Below, one piece after another: positions 26,466 to 36,126 of a stretch of DNA of 47,459 nt. The notes under the pieces are model-generated. The model was not told the origin of the DNA. It searched no databases and saw nothing but the letters and a program-made list of their open reading frames with translations. The stretch is from positions 1-47,459 of the forward strand of contig JALVPF010000125.1 of assembly GCA_027031935.1 (NCBI GenBank), written 5' to 3'. Position 1 is the stretch's first letter. Every line of letters starts with the position of its first letter. Made by a program: the position numbers and the translations under genes. Origin of the DNA: Myxococcales bacterium (GTDB taxonomy: Bacteria; Myxococcota; B64-G9).

Positions 26466-27866
26466 TCAGTGTGATGAAAACCATATTCTTCTGATGCCCG
26501 CACGGCAATCTGCAGCCCTTTGTCCGTGAGGCCATTTGTTCAGGTACCTTCTGTAGGTCTTTGCTGCCTTGCGCATGTAGTTGAGGCGCTCCAGGCAAAC
26601 CCCTTTGAGAAATGTCGCTTCATCTTGCCGTGGGCTGTCTGGATCGGACAGATAGCCATCGAGTTTATGCAGGACCTCTCCGCAGCGGCCCTCTCCCATG
26701 GCAAGACGCATGTCATCGAAGATCCATCCGGTGTCATTGTGAAGTCTGGCCACCAGGGCATCGAGTGATTCAGTGCCTTGCTTGGCTTGCCCGTATGAAG
26801 CTTTATGGCTCGGGGTCTCGGCAAGCTTTTTCGGCTTGTCTCCTGGTATGGCTAAAGCACCTTGTCCGTGCACACTGCGCTTGATCGGCTTTTTAGTGTC
26901 CGGGCGTGGTGCCAGGTGGTCATGCGCCGGTTTAGTCTGGTGCGATGGCTCCACGTGCGAGTTTTCCAAGGTGTCTACTTCTTCCATAAACTCGTCTATG
27001 CTTTTGTCCATGTCCTCAAGCTGCTGCTTGCCTGATTCATCAATCAGCAACTGGTGGCGTGTTGTTACCATGACTGGTGGCCTGCGTGTGTCCAAAGGGG
27101 TGACCCTGACTTTTCCTCTCGTTACCCCAACAAAAAGAGCAACCCCATGGCCTTTTTTTACAGCGAATTTTGTCCCCATGACCTGGATTCTCGCGGTGCT
27201 GGTATCAACGGAAAAAGATCGTCCATTGTTGCGAGGTGTGACCATGCAGGCAAGCTCACCTTCATGCAGGAAGATCTCGTCTCCCGATTCATTGGAAGCC
27301 TTGAGCGTCACACGGCTCCCTGACTTCACAACGATCCTGCTCCCATCAGGTAAACCAAGGGTGGCCGATGACTCTTTGTCGGATATTATGGTGTCACCGG
27401 TAAAGAAGGTTCTTGCCTTGTCGAGTTTTGTTCTCGATGATCCACTGTCTTGCAGGAAAATGTTCCCACTGCTTTTGACAAGCTCAAAGGCAAGGCTGGT
27501 TGAGGTGGATTTTTGTAAAGTTTTGTCCTGCTGGGTTCGGGTAATGTCTGTTGCTGGTGGAGCAATGAGCAGGAATACGACTATGGCAGCGCATACGGCA
27601 AGAGCAGCAGGCGCCCAGATGCGCCATTTTTTTTTCCAGAAAGGCACAGGAGGGCTGAAATGCATCGTCCAGTGTGGCTCAGGTATATCGGTGGTACGGG
27701 CCACCTCGCATAGCTTCGCAGCCTGTGTAAGCTCCTCGACCTGTCTGCGGCAGGCAGAACAGGATTCCAGGTGATGGGCTAGCGCTGAGCCACGATCTGC
27801 ATCCATTTCCCCGTATGCGAATGCTACCAGATCATCCGGTGAAAATGGGCAAGCCTTCCGGGTCAT
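26466..27866 (-). CDS. Anti-sigma factor: zf-HC2, TM segment, FecR-like domain, helical C-terminus
   Basis: It has the zf-HC2 motif HHLESCSACRRQVEEL, a TM segment (WAPAALAVCAAIVVFLLIA), and a FecR-like region (FFTGDTIISDKESSATLGLPDGSRIVVKSGSRVTL). Its start overlaps the sigma gene stop as ATGA. Confidence 0.75.
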   Translation of the reverse strand: MTRKACPFSPDDLVAFAYGEMDADRGSALAHHLESCSACRRQVEELTQAAKLCEVARTTDIPEPHWTMHFSPPVPFWKKKWRIWAPAALAVCAAIVVFLLIAPPATDITRTQQDKTLQKSTSTSLAFELVKSSGNIFLQDSGSSRTKLDKARTFFTGDTIISDKESSATLGLPDGSRIVVKSGSRVTLKASNESGDEIFLHEGELACMVTPRNNGRSFSVDTSTARIQVMGTKFAVKKGHGVALFVGVTRGKVRVTPLDTRRPPVMVTTRHQLLIDESGKQQLEDMDKSIDEFMEEVDTLENSHVEPSHQTKPAHDHLAPRPDTKKPIKRSVHGQGALAIPGDKPKKLAETPSHKASYGQAKQGTESLDALVARLHNDTGWIFDDMRLAMGEGRCGEVLHKLDGYLSDPDSPRQDEATFLKGVCLERLNYMRKAAKTYRRYLNKWPHGQRAADCRAGIRRIWFSSH

Positions 27867-28447
27867 TGTTCACTCCTGTCGCGTTGATTGGCCAGGTGCC
27901 TGGCCAATTCCCTCCTGCCGTAGAAAAGTCTTGTTCTTACCGTTGCAGGCGGAATCCCAAGACTTGAAGCAATCTCCTCTGAAGACACCTCCATGATATC
28001 ATGTAGCACCACCACGGTGCGTTTTTGCTTTTTCATGCGTGAAAGGGCCCTGTTCAACATTGCCAACTCTTCTTTGTGTGCCAGCGTTTCCATGGGTCCT
28101 GTTTGCGATGTTTCAACCCTGTCCAGTGAATCAGTATCCATGTGTTCTCGCCTGCGTTTTTGCCTACGTATGTCATCCATGGCAACGTGTATGCATATTC
28201 TGTACAGCCATGTGGAAAACTTGGATCTGCCCTCAAAGTTTCTGAGGCTCTTGTGTACTTTTATGAAAACCTTTTGAACCAGGTCCTCCATTTCGTCCGT
28301 TGGTCCCAATACCCTGTGCAGTATTCTCCATGCATGGGGTCTGTAGAGTTCGTACAAATGCTGCCAACATATGGGATCTCCACTCCTGCAGCCCTCCAAA
28401 AGGGTTTTTTCCGTTTTTCTTGGTGCTGTTGTCTGCCCTTTTGTCAT
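27863..28447 (-). CDS. ECF-type RNA polymerase sigma factor
   Basis: Region 2 is DLVQKVFIKVHKSLRNFEGRSKFSTWLYRICIHVAMD. Region 4 is SSEEIASSLGIPPATVRTRLFYGRRELA. The track start at 28453 is TTG, so I used ATG 28447. Confidence 0.85.
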   Translation of the reverse strand: MTKGQTTAPRKTEKTLLEGCRSGDPICWQHLYELYRPHAWRILHRVLGPTDEMEDLVQKVFIKVHKSLRNFEGRSKFSTWLYRICIHVAMDDIRRQKRRREHMDTDSLDRVETSQTGPMETLAHKEELAMLNRALSRMKKQKRTVVVLHDIMEVSSEEIASSLGIPPATVRTRLFYGRRELARHLANQRDRSEQ

Positions 28448-28578
28448 AGCCAAGCAGTCGTCAGGCCTTCAGTGGCTGACCTGGCTTTAGCCAAACATCC
28501 TGCATAGTAGTCGCCCATCAGCCTGATGTTGTTCAAAATATATAATAGAGACAAGGGATTTTCCGTGAGATTCAGGGC

Positions 28579-29448
28579 TCAGGTGCCTTTTGTTGCCACA
28601 GACCTGGATAATTCCCTGAGAATATCATTGTAGTTATCAATTTTTTCGTCACTGTCAGGAAAAGAGACAATTGAGGATGAAATCGAGACTGCACCGGAAG
28701 TAGATATTTGAGGTTTGTCCAGTTCCTGCACTATTCTCGCGATGGGTATTTTGCCCTGCTCCAGGTTCGTCTCAGGCATCAGGATGATGAACGTGTTCTC
28801 TTCCAGTCGGTAAATCCTATCGGTTGCCCTGAGAAAGCGCTGAAGAACCGTTACGGTGGCAGCGATGAGTCCAGCTGCTTCCTTTTTGCCCCTGTCATTG
28901 TAGATGTCCTCATATTCGTTTACAAGCAGCAGACAGCAGCACAAGGGATGCTGGTAGCGAAGAGCCCTTTGAAATTCATACTCCATGTCTCGGCGAAGTT
29001 GTCGATAACCGCCAAGACGCAAGGGCTGGTGCTGACCGTCGGATTTGCCGGCCGAAGGCGGAGGCTCTCCATCCCTGGAATTGAGGGCGGAGCTGATCCT
29101 GGCTTGCAGATCGAAAAGGCGAAAGGGTTTGGTGATGTAGTCATCAGCCCCTAACTCGATTCCTCGAATCTTGCTGTCCAGATTGTCCACGGCGGTCACA
29201 AGGATGATCGGGGTCTTGCTTGTGCTGTCTGTGGACCTAAGTTCCTGGCAAACCTGAAAACCGTCTTTGGTACTCATCATTATATCCAGCAAAATAAGGT
29301 CCGGAGATTCCTTGACGGCCAAGTCTACAACCTGGGTGGAGTCGTTTATCTCGACCACCAAGTGGCCGGCGTTTTCGCAGACTTCTTTCATGAGAGCGGC
29401 ATTGAACTTGTCATCATCGACCACGAAAATCTTTTTGGGCTCTTTCAC
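28579..29448 (-). CDS. Response regulator: receiver domain plus degenerate GGDEF-like output domain
   Basis: The REC domain shows IFVVDDD...DLILLDIMM...ADDYITKPF. The C-terminal domain follows GGDEF spacing, but RYGGDEF is RLEENTF and the DxDxFKxxND block is VNEYEDIYND. GTG start. Confidence 0.7.
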   Translation of the reverse strand: MKEPKKIFVVDDDKFNAALMKEVCENAGHLVVEINDSTQVVDLAVKESPDLILLDIMMSTKDGFQVCQELRSTDSTSKTPIILVTAVDNLDSKIRGIELGADDYITKPFRLFDLQARISSALNSRDGEPPPSAGKSDGQHQPLRLGGYRQLRRDMEYEFQRALRYQHPLCCCLLLVNEYEDIYNDRGKKEAAGLIAATVTVLQRFLRATDRIYRLEENTFIILMPETNLEQGKIPIARIVQELDKPQISTSGAVSISSSIVSFPDSDEKIDNYNDILRELSRSVATKGT

Positions 29449-29481
29449 TGTAATACCTTTCAGTTGGGTATACGGGCCAAC

Positions 29482-30846
29482 TCAACCTTCATCGTGTTCC
29501 AATGCCAGGTTTTCAAACCTCGTAAATTCCTCGGAGAATTGCAGCCGAACCGTCCCGGTAGGGCCGTTGCGCTGTTTTCCTATTATTATCTCGGCAACTC
29601 CAGTGTCGTCCGTGTCTTTGTTGTAGTACTCGTCCCTGTATATGAACATGATCACATCGGCATCCTGCTCTATGGCTCCTGACTCTCTCAAATCGGCAAG
29701 CTGAGGCCGCTTACTTTCTCTCGATTCCACCTTGCGACTTAGCTGACTGAGGGCGAGAACCGGAACGTTAAGTTCCTTTGCGAGGCCCTTTAGGCCCCGT
29801 GATATCTCCGAAATCTCTCTTTCCCTGCTGTCATGACGTCCTGCAGGAGGTGAGGCGAGTTGCAGGTAGTCCATGCATATCAAGCCGAGACTCTTTTTCT
29901 GTTTGGATAACTCTGCCTGCAACCGCCTGGCCTTTGCTCGCATTTCCAGGACTCGTATGGCTGGAGTATCATCTATGTACAGGGGCGCTTCGCTCAACTG
30001 TCCTGCGGCCAAGGCCAGACGGCTCCAGTCCGCATCTCCAAGATATCCGCTTCTGAGCTTGTGATGATCTACCCGTGCCTCTGAACACAGCACACGCATG
30101 GCCAGGGCTTCCTTGCTCATCTCGAGGGAGAAGAAGAGAGTTGGAACCTTGGATTTCATGGCTGCATTCTGGGCTATGTTCAGAGCAAGGGATGTCTTTC
30201 CCATGGAGGGCCTTGCAGCTAGAATTATCAAGTCTCCTCGTTGAAAGCCTGATGTCTTCTGATCCAGCCCGTTGTAGCCGGTGGGTACACCTGTGTATAG
30301 TTCATTGCTTTGGTATAGCTTCTCTATGGAGTCGAATGATTGTCGGATCAGGTCCTTCAGGGCAACCACCGAGCCATCAGAGCGTTGGTGGATTACGTCG
30401 AAAATTTTTTGTTCGGCGCTGGACAGATAGCTTTCCAAATCGTCGGTTTCCTGAAAGCCGCCCTGAAGGATTTCTGAGGCTGCATGGATCAATCGCCTGG
30501 CGATAGCTTTGTCTGCAACTATGCGTGCATAGCTTTTGACATTGGCCAGACTTGGGACCATGTCGGTCAGAGAGGCAATATAGTCAGGCCCTCCAACCGC
30601 ATCCAGTTCGCCTCTCGCTTTCAGGGTATCTTCCAGGGTCAGGAAATCGATGGCCTCGCCCCGCTCGGACATCTCCATCATGGCCTTGAAAAGTTTCCGA
30701 TGAGCTTCTCGGTAGAAATCGTCCTGAGTTATCTGGTCGACGATGTTGTCTAATGCGGTGTTGTCGAGTAACACAGCACCTAAAAGCGAACGTTCAGCCT
30801 CCAGGTTTTGAGGGGGAAGGTTGGCTTTCGATGCTGTGCTATCCAT
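29482..30846 (-). CDS. dnaB: Replicative DNA helicase
   Basis: It has PPQNLEAERSLLGAVLLDN, Walker A ARPSMGKTSLALN, and LSQLSRKVESRESKRPQLADLRESGAIEQDADVI. Confidence 0.95.
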   Translation of the reverse strand: MDSTASKANLPPQNLEAERSLLGAVLLDNTALDNIVDQITQDDFYREAHRKLFKAMMEMSERGEAIDFLTLEDTLKARGELDAVGGPDYIASLTDMVPSLANVKSYARIVADKAIARRLIHAASEILQGGFQETDDLESYLSSAEQKIFDVIHQRSDGSVVALKDLIRQSFDSIEKLYQSNELYTGVPTGYNGLDQKTSGFQRGDLIILAARPSMGKTSLALNIAQNAAMKSKVPTLFFSLEMSKEALAMRVLCSEARVDHHKLRSGYLGDADWSRLALAAGQLSEAPLYIDDTPAIRVLEMRAKARRLQAELSKQKKSLGLICMDYLQLASPPAGRHDSREREISEISRGLKGLAKELNVPVLALSQLSRKVESRESKRPQLADLRESGAIEQDADVIMFIYRDEYYNKDTDDTGVAEIIIGKQRNGPTGTVRLQFSEEFTRFENLALEHDEG

Positions 30847-30894
30847 CTCAGCCTCTAGAGACGGGACACAAAATATGCCCCGCCGGTCAGGGAA

Positions 30895-31338
30895 TTATTT
30901 TGCTACTACCCAAACCTTCACCTTACCATGAATGTCCTGGTGAAGGCGAACCGGTACAGTATACACCCCTACGCTCTTGATGGGTTCTTCCAACTCGATC
31001 TGGCGTTTTGAAATGTTGACGCCTTCCGTGGCCAGGGCCTGTTCGATGTCCTTGGCCGTAACAGAACCATAGAGTTTGTCCTGTTCTCCAACCTTGACCT
31101 GTATGGTGCAAGATATATTCTCGAGTTTTTTGGCCAGAGACTCCGCGTCCAGAAGTACCTTTGCCTTGTGACGCTCCACCATGCGTTTCTGGTGCTCCAA
31201 CTGAGAAAGGTTTCTGGTGCTGGCTTTTACCGCCATGCCCTGAGGGATAAGATAATTTCTTGCGTAACCGGCCTTTACAGTTACCATGTCGCCTATATTG
31301 CCCAGGTCGGGTACGTCCGTGTGTAGTATCACTTTCAT
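30895..31338 (-). CDS. rplI: 50S ribosomal protein L9
   Basis: MKVILHTDVPDLGNIGDMVTVKAGYARNYLIPQGMA is a canonical L9 N-terminus. Start taken at the internal ATG rather than the track start at 31368. Confidence 0.9.
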   Translation of the reverse strand: MKVILHTDVPDLGNIGDMVTVKAGYARNYLIPQGMAVKASTRNLSQLEHQKRMVERHKAKVLLDAESLAKKLENISCTIQVKVGEQDKLYGSVTAKDIEQALATEGVNISKRQIELEEPIKSVGVYTVPVRLHQDIHGKVKVWVVAK

Positions 31339-31364
31339 GGCTCTACCTCCTGCGTTACCCAGGC

Positions 31365-31607
31365 TCAAATGGTTGGGCTATTGAAAGGCATCAAGGCGAT
31401 CTGACGAGCGCGCTTGATAGCCTTGGAGACCAGTCTTTGGTGATAAGCACAATTTCCCGAGATTCTCCTGGGGATGATCTTGCCTTGCTCAGTGATGAAG
31501 TACTTGAGAGAGTTGGGATCCCTGTAGTCCACCTTGAGATTTTTATCAGCACAAAATCTACAAACCTTTCGGCGGGTCAAGTGCCTTTTCTTTCTTCGCA
31601 TAGCCAT
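31365..31607 (-). CDS. rpsR: 30S ribosomal protein S18
   Basis: It has [53 protein letters not shown]. Confidence 0.95.
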   Translation of the reverse strand: MAMRRKKRHLTRRKVCRFCADKNLKVDYRDPNSLKYFITEQGKIIPRRISGNCAYHQRLVSKAIKRARQIALMPFNSPTI

Positions 31608-31610
31608 GAT

Positions 31611-32138
31611 TTATTCCTCCTCCGGCGCTTCATCGTCCTGCTTTACTTCGGTCTCGGCCTCGGCGCTGTCGGGTTCCGATGCTTCGGCTACCTGTTGCTC
31701 TTCGGCTGCGGCTTTTGCCGCCAACTCTGCCGCTGCTGCTGCTGCTGCTCGTTCTTCAGCCTCTGCCTTTGCTTTTGCCTCTGCCTCTTTTCTCGTCCTG
31801 TCTTCGGCTGCCTGTTGTGCGAGACGTTTTTCCACATCCACGCTGTCAGAGACCTTCACCGTCTGAAAGCGCACCACCGGCTCGATAAGGCGGAGATTTC
31901 TCTCCAACTCGCTTATGCTGGATGGTTGGGCAAGGTAGGAGAGTTGAACGAAGATGCCCTTGGGGTTTTTCGCCACCTCGAAGGCCAGCTTTTTCTTGCC
32001 CCAGACGTTGAATCTGAGGACCTTGGCCTCTTGCCCATCCAAAACGTCCGACAGCCTGGTCTGGATTTGTGACAAGGTATCTTCGCCAATGTCCGGTTTG
32101 AGAATATAGAGAGTTTCGTACTCCCGCATCGTTTGCAT
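31611..32138 (-). CDS. rpsF: 30S ribosomal protein S6 with an Ala/Glu-rich C-terminal extension
   Basis: MQTMREYETLYILKPD...WGKKKLAFEV is S6. AGGAGG lies 5 nt upstream of ATG 32138. The track start at 32342 overlaps pth and is rejected. Confidence 0.9.
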   Translation of the reverse strand: MQTMREYETLYILKPDIGEDTLSQIQTRLSDVLDGQEAKVLRFNVWGKKKLAFEVAKNPKGIFVQLSYLAQPSSISELERNLRLIEPVVRFQTVKVSDSVDVEKRLAQQAAEDRTRKEAEAKAKAEAEERAAAAAAAELAAKAAAEEQQVAEASEPDSAEAETEVKQDDEAPEEE

Positions 32139-32230
32139 GATGTCCTCCTCATGGGTTTGTAGCCCCAGAGCGCCAGCCCTGGAGCAAGGAGCGTTTTTGA
32201 AAGGCTGCGGGGGCCTTTCCGTCTTATTTT

Positions 32231-32869
32231 TTATCCCTGGTCCCATTGACCAGAGGATTTCTGTGGTGTCTCCTGTTTGGACTTGAGGCTCTTGCGGCGA
32301 TTGAAGCGGTTCATGGTGGACACAAGGCCCTGTGTCAGCCATGACTCCATGGCATCAGCAGCTTTGTTTGCCAACTCCTTGGCCCCTTGCAGTTCATCCG
32401 GGTTGAATTCCGAAAGAACAAAATCCTTTGGCTCTGTTTCGGATGTATCGGCTTGTGCCGGTCTGCCTATGCCGAGTCTCAACCTGACAAAGTCCCGGGA
32501 GTCTAGGTGCTCTATTACCGACCTTACTCCACGATGACCACCATCACCTCCTCCCATGCGAATTTGAATCCTTCCAAACTCAAGATCCAGATCGTCATGG
32601 ACTACAGCGAGGTGTTCGAGGCTGATACCGCTTTCTGACACCAGTGGCGCAACCGCTTCTCCACTCAGGTTCATGAAGGTCTGTGGCTGGAGCAGGTAAA
32701 CAGGCTTTGAGCCTACAATGCCTCGCCCACCCAAGGACTTCGAGTGCATTGGAGCAAGCGAGATCCCGTACCTTGCGGCCAGTATATCCACGACCCAAAA
32801 CCCCATGTTGTGGCGGCTACGACGGTATTTTTCGCCGGGGTTGCCGAGTCCAACAATGACAAAGAGCAT
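32231..32869 (-). CDS. pth: Peptidyl-tRNA hydrolase
   Basis: It has MLFVIVGLGNPGEKYRRSRHNMGFWVVD and VVHDDLDLEFGRIQIRMGGGDGGHRG. Confidence 0.9.
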   Translation of the reverse strand: MLFVIVGLGNPGEKYRRSRHNMGFWVVDILAARYGISLAPMHSKSLGGRGIVGSKPVYLLQPQTFMNLSGEAVAPLVSESGISLEHLAVVHDDLDLEFGRIQIRMGGGDGGHRGVRSVIEHLDSRDFVRLRLGIGRPAQADTSETEPKDFVLSEFNPDELQGAKELANKAADAMESWLTQGLVSTMNRFNRRKSLKSKQETPQKSSGQWDQG

Positions 32870-32890
32870 GTTACAGCGCCGTTGGCGAGC

Positions 32891-33562
32891 CTATTTGGCA
32901 TCGCCTCCTTCCTTGGATTCAGCCTTGGGTTCTGCGGCGTCTGCGCTGCCTTCAGCCTTTTCGCCTTCCTCACCCTCAACCTCTTCCTCGGCAGTCTCCG
33001 GCTGTTCTTCCACAGCAGGCGACACAACTGCACAGATGGTGAAGTTGCGGTCATAGACAGCCTTGACACCTTCAGGCATGGGAACCTCATCAACGTGAAT
33101 GATGTCTCCGATGTCCATTTCAGACACGTCGATCCTGATGGCGTCTGGCAGGTCTGCAGGCAATGCTTCCACCATGAGTTTGTGCCTGGCGATCTGCAAA
33201 AGTCCGCCCAATTTTACACCAATCGGCCGTCCCTCTAGCTCCACCGGAACCCTGCGCTGAATTTTCTTGTCCGGGTCTACAGACAGGAAGTCTACATGAA
33301 GCAAGGACCTCTCCACCGGATGGCGCTGGAGTTCTTGTACAAAAACCGTACGGTCTTCGACTCCGTCTAGCCTGATAAGGGAATTGAGACCTCTCGGTCC
33401 CTTGAGAATCCTTGCAAGTTCGATGGGATCGACGGAAATGGCCAAAGGCTCTTTGCCTTTGCCATAACAGACCGCCGGGATCAACCCAGAAATGCGTGCG
33501 CGCCTTGCCGGTCCATTTCCTCGTTCCTGCCTTTGCTCAACTTTCAGTACTGGAATATCCAT
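32891..33562 (-). CDS. rplY: 50S ribosomal protein L25 / general stress protein Ctc
   Basis: It has RQERGNGPARRARISGLIPAVCYGKGKEPLAISVD and HPVERSLLHVDF, plus an acidic C-terminal tail. AGGAGA lies upstream of ATG 33562. Confidence 0.85.
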   Translation of the reverse strand: MDIPVLKVEQRQERGNGPARRARISGLIPAVCYGKGKEPLAISVDPIELARILKGPRGLNSLIRLDGVEDRTVFVQELQRHPVERSLLHVDFLSVDPDKKIQRRVPVELEGRPIGVKLGGLLQIARHKLMVEALPADLPDAIRIDVSEMDIGDIIHVDEVPMPEGVKAVYDRNFTICAVVSPAVEEQPETAEEEVEGEEGEKAEGSADAAEPKAESKEGGDAK

Positions 33563-33652
33563 GTTGCTCTCCTGCTTGTTCTTCTTGGAACCACCGGGAA
33601 TACCATCCCGGGACAAAAGTTCCAGGTGTTTACACCTTGTGGCAGCTTTTGT

Positions 33653-34600
33653 CTAGACAAATAACGAGGTCACCGAATCATGCATATGAATTCTTCTGAT
33701 GGCCTCTCCCAGCAGCGCTGCCACTGACAGCTGGCGAATCTTTTTACAGTTTGCCGCCTTTTCATGGAGATGTATGGTATCCGTGACCACCACCTCCTCG
33801 ATGGGCGATTCTTCTATCCTGTCGATGGCCGGCCCGGACAGCACCGGGTGTACGCAATATGCCGATACCCTCTTTGCCCCGTTTTCCTTCAGAGCCTTTG
33901 CAGACTGGGTTATGGTGCCTGCCGTGTCTATGATGTCGTCGAGCAACACGGCATCCCTGCCCTCAACCGAACCGATGAGGTTCATGACCTCGCACTTGTT
34001 AGGCGCCGAACGTCGTTTGTCCACGATGGCCATATTCGTGCGCATGCGCTTGGAGTACGCCCGCGCTCTCTCTGTTCCTCCTGCGTCAGGGGAGACGATC
34101 ACTGGAGGGACCTCGAAGTTTTTCTTGATGTCCTCAAGAAAAACAGGTGCAGCGTAGAGGTGATCGAAGGGAACATTGAAAAAGCCCTGAATCTGTCCTG
34201 CATGAAGATCTATGGATACGACCCTGCTCGCACCTGCGGTGCTGAGCATGTCGGCGACCAGTTTTGATGTGATTGGCGTGCGAGGGGCCACCTTTCTGTC
34301 TTGTCTCGCATAACCATAATAGGGGATTACCGCCACGATCTGATCTGCAGAAGCCCTGCGGAGGGCATCGGTAATGATGAGCAATTCCATGAGGTTGCGA
34401 TTGACCGGGTGACTGGTGGACTGTATGATGAACGTGTCTCTTCCTCTGACGTTATCAGCGATTTCCACGTTGATCTCGCCATCAGAAAAATTTCCCACCT
34501 GTGCTCTTCCAAGCTGGGTGTTGAGGTATCTGGCGATGGCCTCGGCCAAAGGCCTGTTTGCATTTCCGGTGAACAACAGCGGTGGTTCTGTTTGGTACAC
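33653..34600 (-). CDS. prs: Ribose-phosphate pyrophosphokinase
   Basis: It has [23 protein letters not shown] and [11 protein letters not shown]. The GTG start has GGAGGG upstream. Confidence 0.95.
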   Translation of the reverse strand: MYQTEPPLLFTGNANRPLAEAIARYLNTQLGRAQVGNFSDGEINVEIADNVRGRDTFIIQSTSHPVNRNLMELLIITDALRRASADQIVAVIPYYGYARQDRKVAPRTPITSKLVADMLSTAGASRVVSIDLHAGQIQGFFNVPFDHLYAAPVFLEDIKKNFEVPPVIVSPDAGGTERARAYSKRMRTNMAIVDKRRSAPNKCEVMNLIGSVEGRDAVLLDDIIDTAGTITQSAKALKENGAKRVSAYCVHPVLSGPAIDRIEESPIEEVVVTDTIHLHEKAANCKKIRQLSVAALLGEAIRRIHMHDSVTSLFV

Positions 34601-34724
34601 GCTGACCCTCCGGTAAAGAACGTTATTGGGAAATCCTCATAAAAGACCCGATAGTTATAGGCTCAAAACAGTGCAACTAGTTCAACACCGGGCAAAAAGC
34701 CGGAGCCCTTGCACAAGGGGATCG

Positions 34725-35075
34725 TCAGCTTTCTCCGGAGTCATCTTCCGTCGAACCCGGCGAATTTTCTTGTTCCTTGTTCAGTTCCCTGTCGCCGACC
34801 TCTGGAGGTGGCGCACCGGTGCGCTCCAACTCCTTGCGATACTCCGCCAAGACCTTGGCCTCGATCATTTTTCTGGTGGATGTGTTCAGTGGATGGGCCG
34901 TGTCTTTGAAAGTGCCATCCTTGCGTTTTTTGCTTGGCATGGCAACGAACAAGCCGTTGTTTCCCTGGATCACCTTCAGGTCACGAACTACGAAACAGTT
35001 GTCGAAGGTGATGGTGGCGTAAGCCTTGAGCTTGTCTTCATTTACAGGAAATACTCTTACCTCTGTAATATCCAT
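34725..35075 (-). CDS. spoVG: SpoVG family protein
   Basis: It reads MDITEVRVFPVNEDKLKAYATITFDNCFVVRDLKVIQGNNGLFVAMPS. AGGAGG lies upstream. Confidence 0.9.
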   Translation of the reverse strand: MDITEVRVFPVNEDKLKAYATITFDNCFVVRDLKVIQGNNGLFVAMPSKKRKDGTFKDTAHPLNTSTRKMIEAKVLAEYRKELERTGAPPPEVGDRELNKEQENSPGSTEDDSGES

Positions 35076-35145
35076 GGTGGACCTCCTTCGCCCCCCGGGG
35101 GCGCTGGCGTTAGATCCGGTTGCTCGTGAATCCGCTGTATATCCC

Positions 35146-36009
35146 TCAGGTGATTGCCCTCAACAAGAGGTATGTCCAACCTAAACTGCCATCTATTCTT
35201 TTCAGGACCTGACGCGCCGACTCTTCATCTGCAAAAATCGAAAACACGCTTGGTCCACTTCCAGTCAGGCTGGAGTTCGAAGCTCCAGCGTCCTTCAATT
35301 CTTTTTGTACCCTTGCTATGTCAGGGTACAGCCTCTCAGCCGTGGGTTGCAAATCGTTTTTCATCAACCGCTCCAGCTGTTCAAATCCCCACTTTCGAGG
35401 AGGCTCGTCATTAACACTAATGTGCTTAAATGTCAATGGAATAATCAAATTTTCAAAGACCTTGCGGGTTGACAGACCCTGAGGAGCGTACGCGATGACC
35501 AGGTAAAAGGGCTCTGGAAATTGCCTTGGTCCGAGAATTTCGCCTACCCCTCTGACCACCCTTGGCAAGGGATCGAGAAAAAACGGAACATCAGCTCCCA
35601 ACTGTAGGGCGATTTCATGTAGTTGCTTGTCTGACAAGGGTTTTTCGCCAAGTTTTTGCAGGGCTGTCAAGGTGGCTGCTGCGTCTGATGACCCCCCTCC
35701 AAGCCCTGCCTGTACTGGGATCTTCTTGCTGATTTCAATTCTTAGGCCTGTCTTTTCACCCGTTGCCTCCAGCCATGCCAGGGCTGCTTTGTGGGCAAGA
35801 TTGGATTCTCCGTTCAACTCCGGGTTGGTGGGACAGGTGGTGTGTATGGACGTTTGAGAGCGGGAAATGGTGATTTCGTCATAAATCCCTATGGGGACCA
35901 TGAAAGATTCCAGCTCGTGGTACCCATCGTCCCTGCTTGCTGTTATTCGCAGGTGGAGGTTTATCTTGGCTGGTGTATTTAACTTCACTCGATCCAGGGT
36001 GGGCTCCAT
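35146..36009 (-). CDS. ispE: 4-diphosphocytidyl-2-C-methyl-D-erythritol kinase
   Basis: It has PAKINLHLRI, the GHMP kinase motif KKIPVQAGLGGGSSDAAATL, and SLTGSGPSVF. Confidence 0.9.
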   Translation of the reverse strand: MEPTLDRVKLNTPAKINLHLRITASRDDGYHELESFMVPIGIYDEITISRSQTSIHTTCPTNPELNGESNLAHKAALAWLEATGEKTGLRIEISKKIPVQAGLGGGSSDAAATLTALQKLGEKPLSDKQLHEIALQLGADVPFFLDPLPRVVRGVGEILGPRQFPEPFYLVIAYAPQGLSTRKVFENLIIPLTFKHISVNDEPPRKWGFEQLERLMKNDLQPTAERLYPDIARVQKELKDAGASNSSLTGSGPSVFSIFADEESARQVLKRIDGSLGWTYLLLRAIT

Positions 36010-36126
36010 GACGAACTATTGTGCAACAAGATGTATCGGTTGCCAAGAATCTTCGTGCGTGGCACCATGAACACCTACGAGTTGAATGATGACTGCTGGG
36101 ACTTGCTCAAAAGGATCTGGTGAAAA

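Noticed and set aside
26773-27774. 333-aa plus-strand ORF
   Set aside because: It lies entirely antisense to the anti-sigma factor gene, which has clear zf-HC2 and FecR motifs. It is a Ser/Cys/Leu-rich shadow frame.
28508-28536. ECF-type promoter-like motif TGAAC-N17-CGAC upstream of the ECF sigma gene (minus strand)
   Set aside because: The match to a degenerate consensus is short and there is no independent support. It is worth testing for autoregulation but is not reportable as a feature.
31260-32072. 270-aa plus-strand ORF spanning rplI-rpsR-rpsF
   Set aside because: It is antisense to three canonical ribosomal protein genes. It is low-complexity and Cys/Leu-rich.
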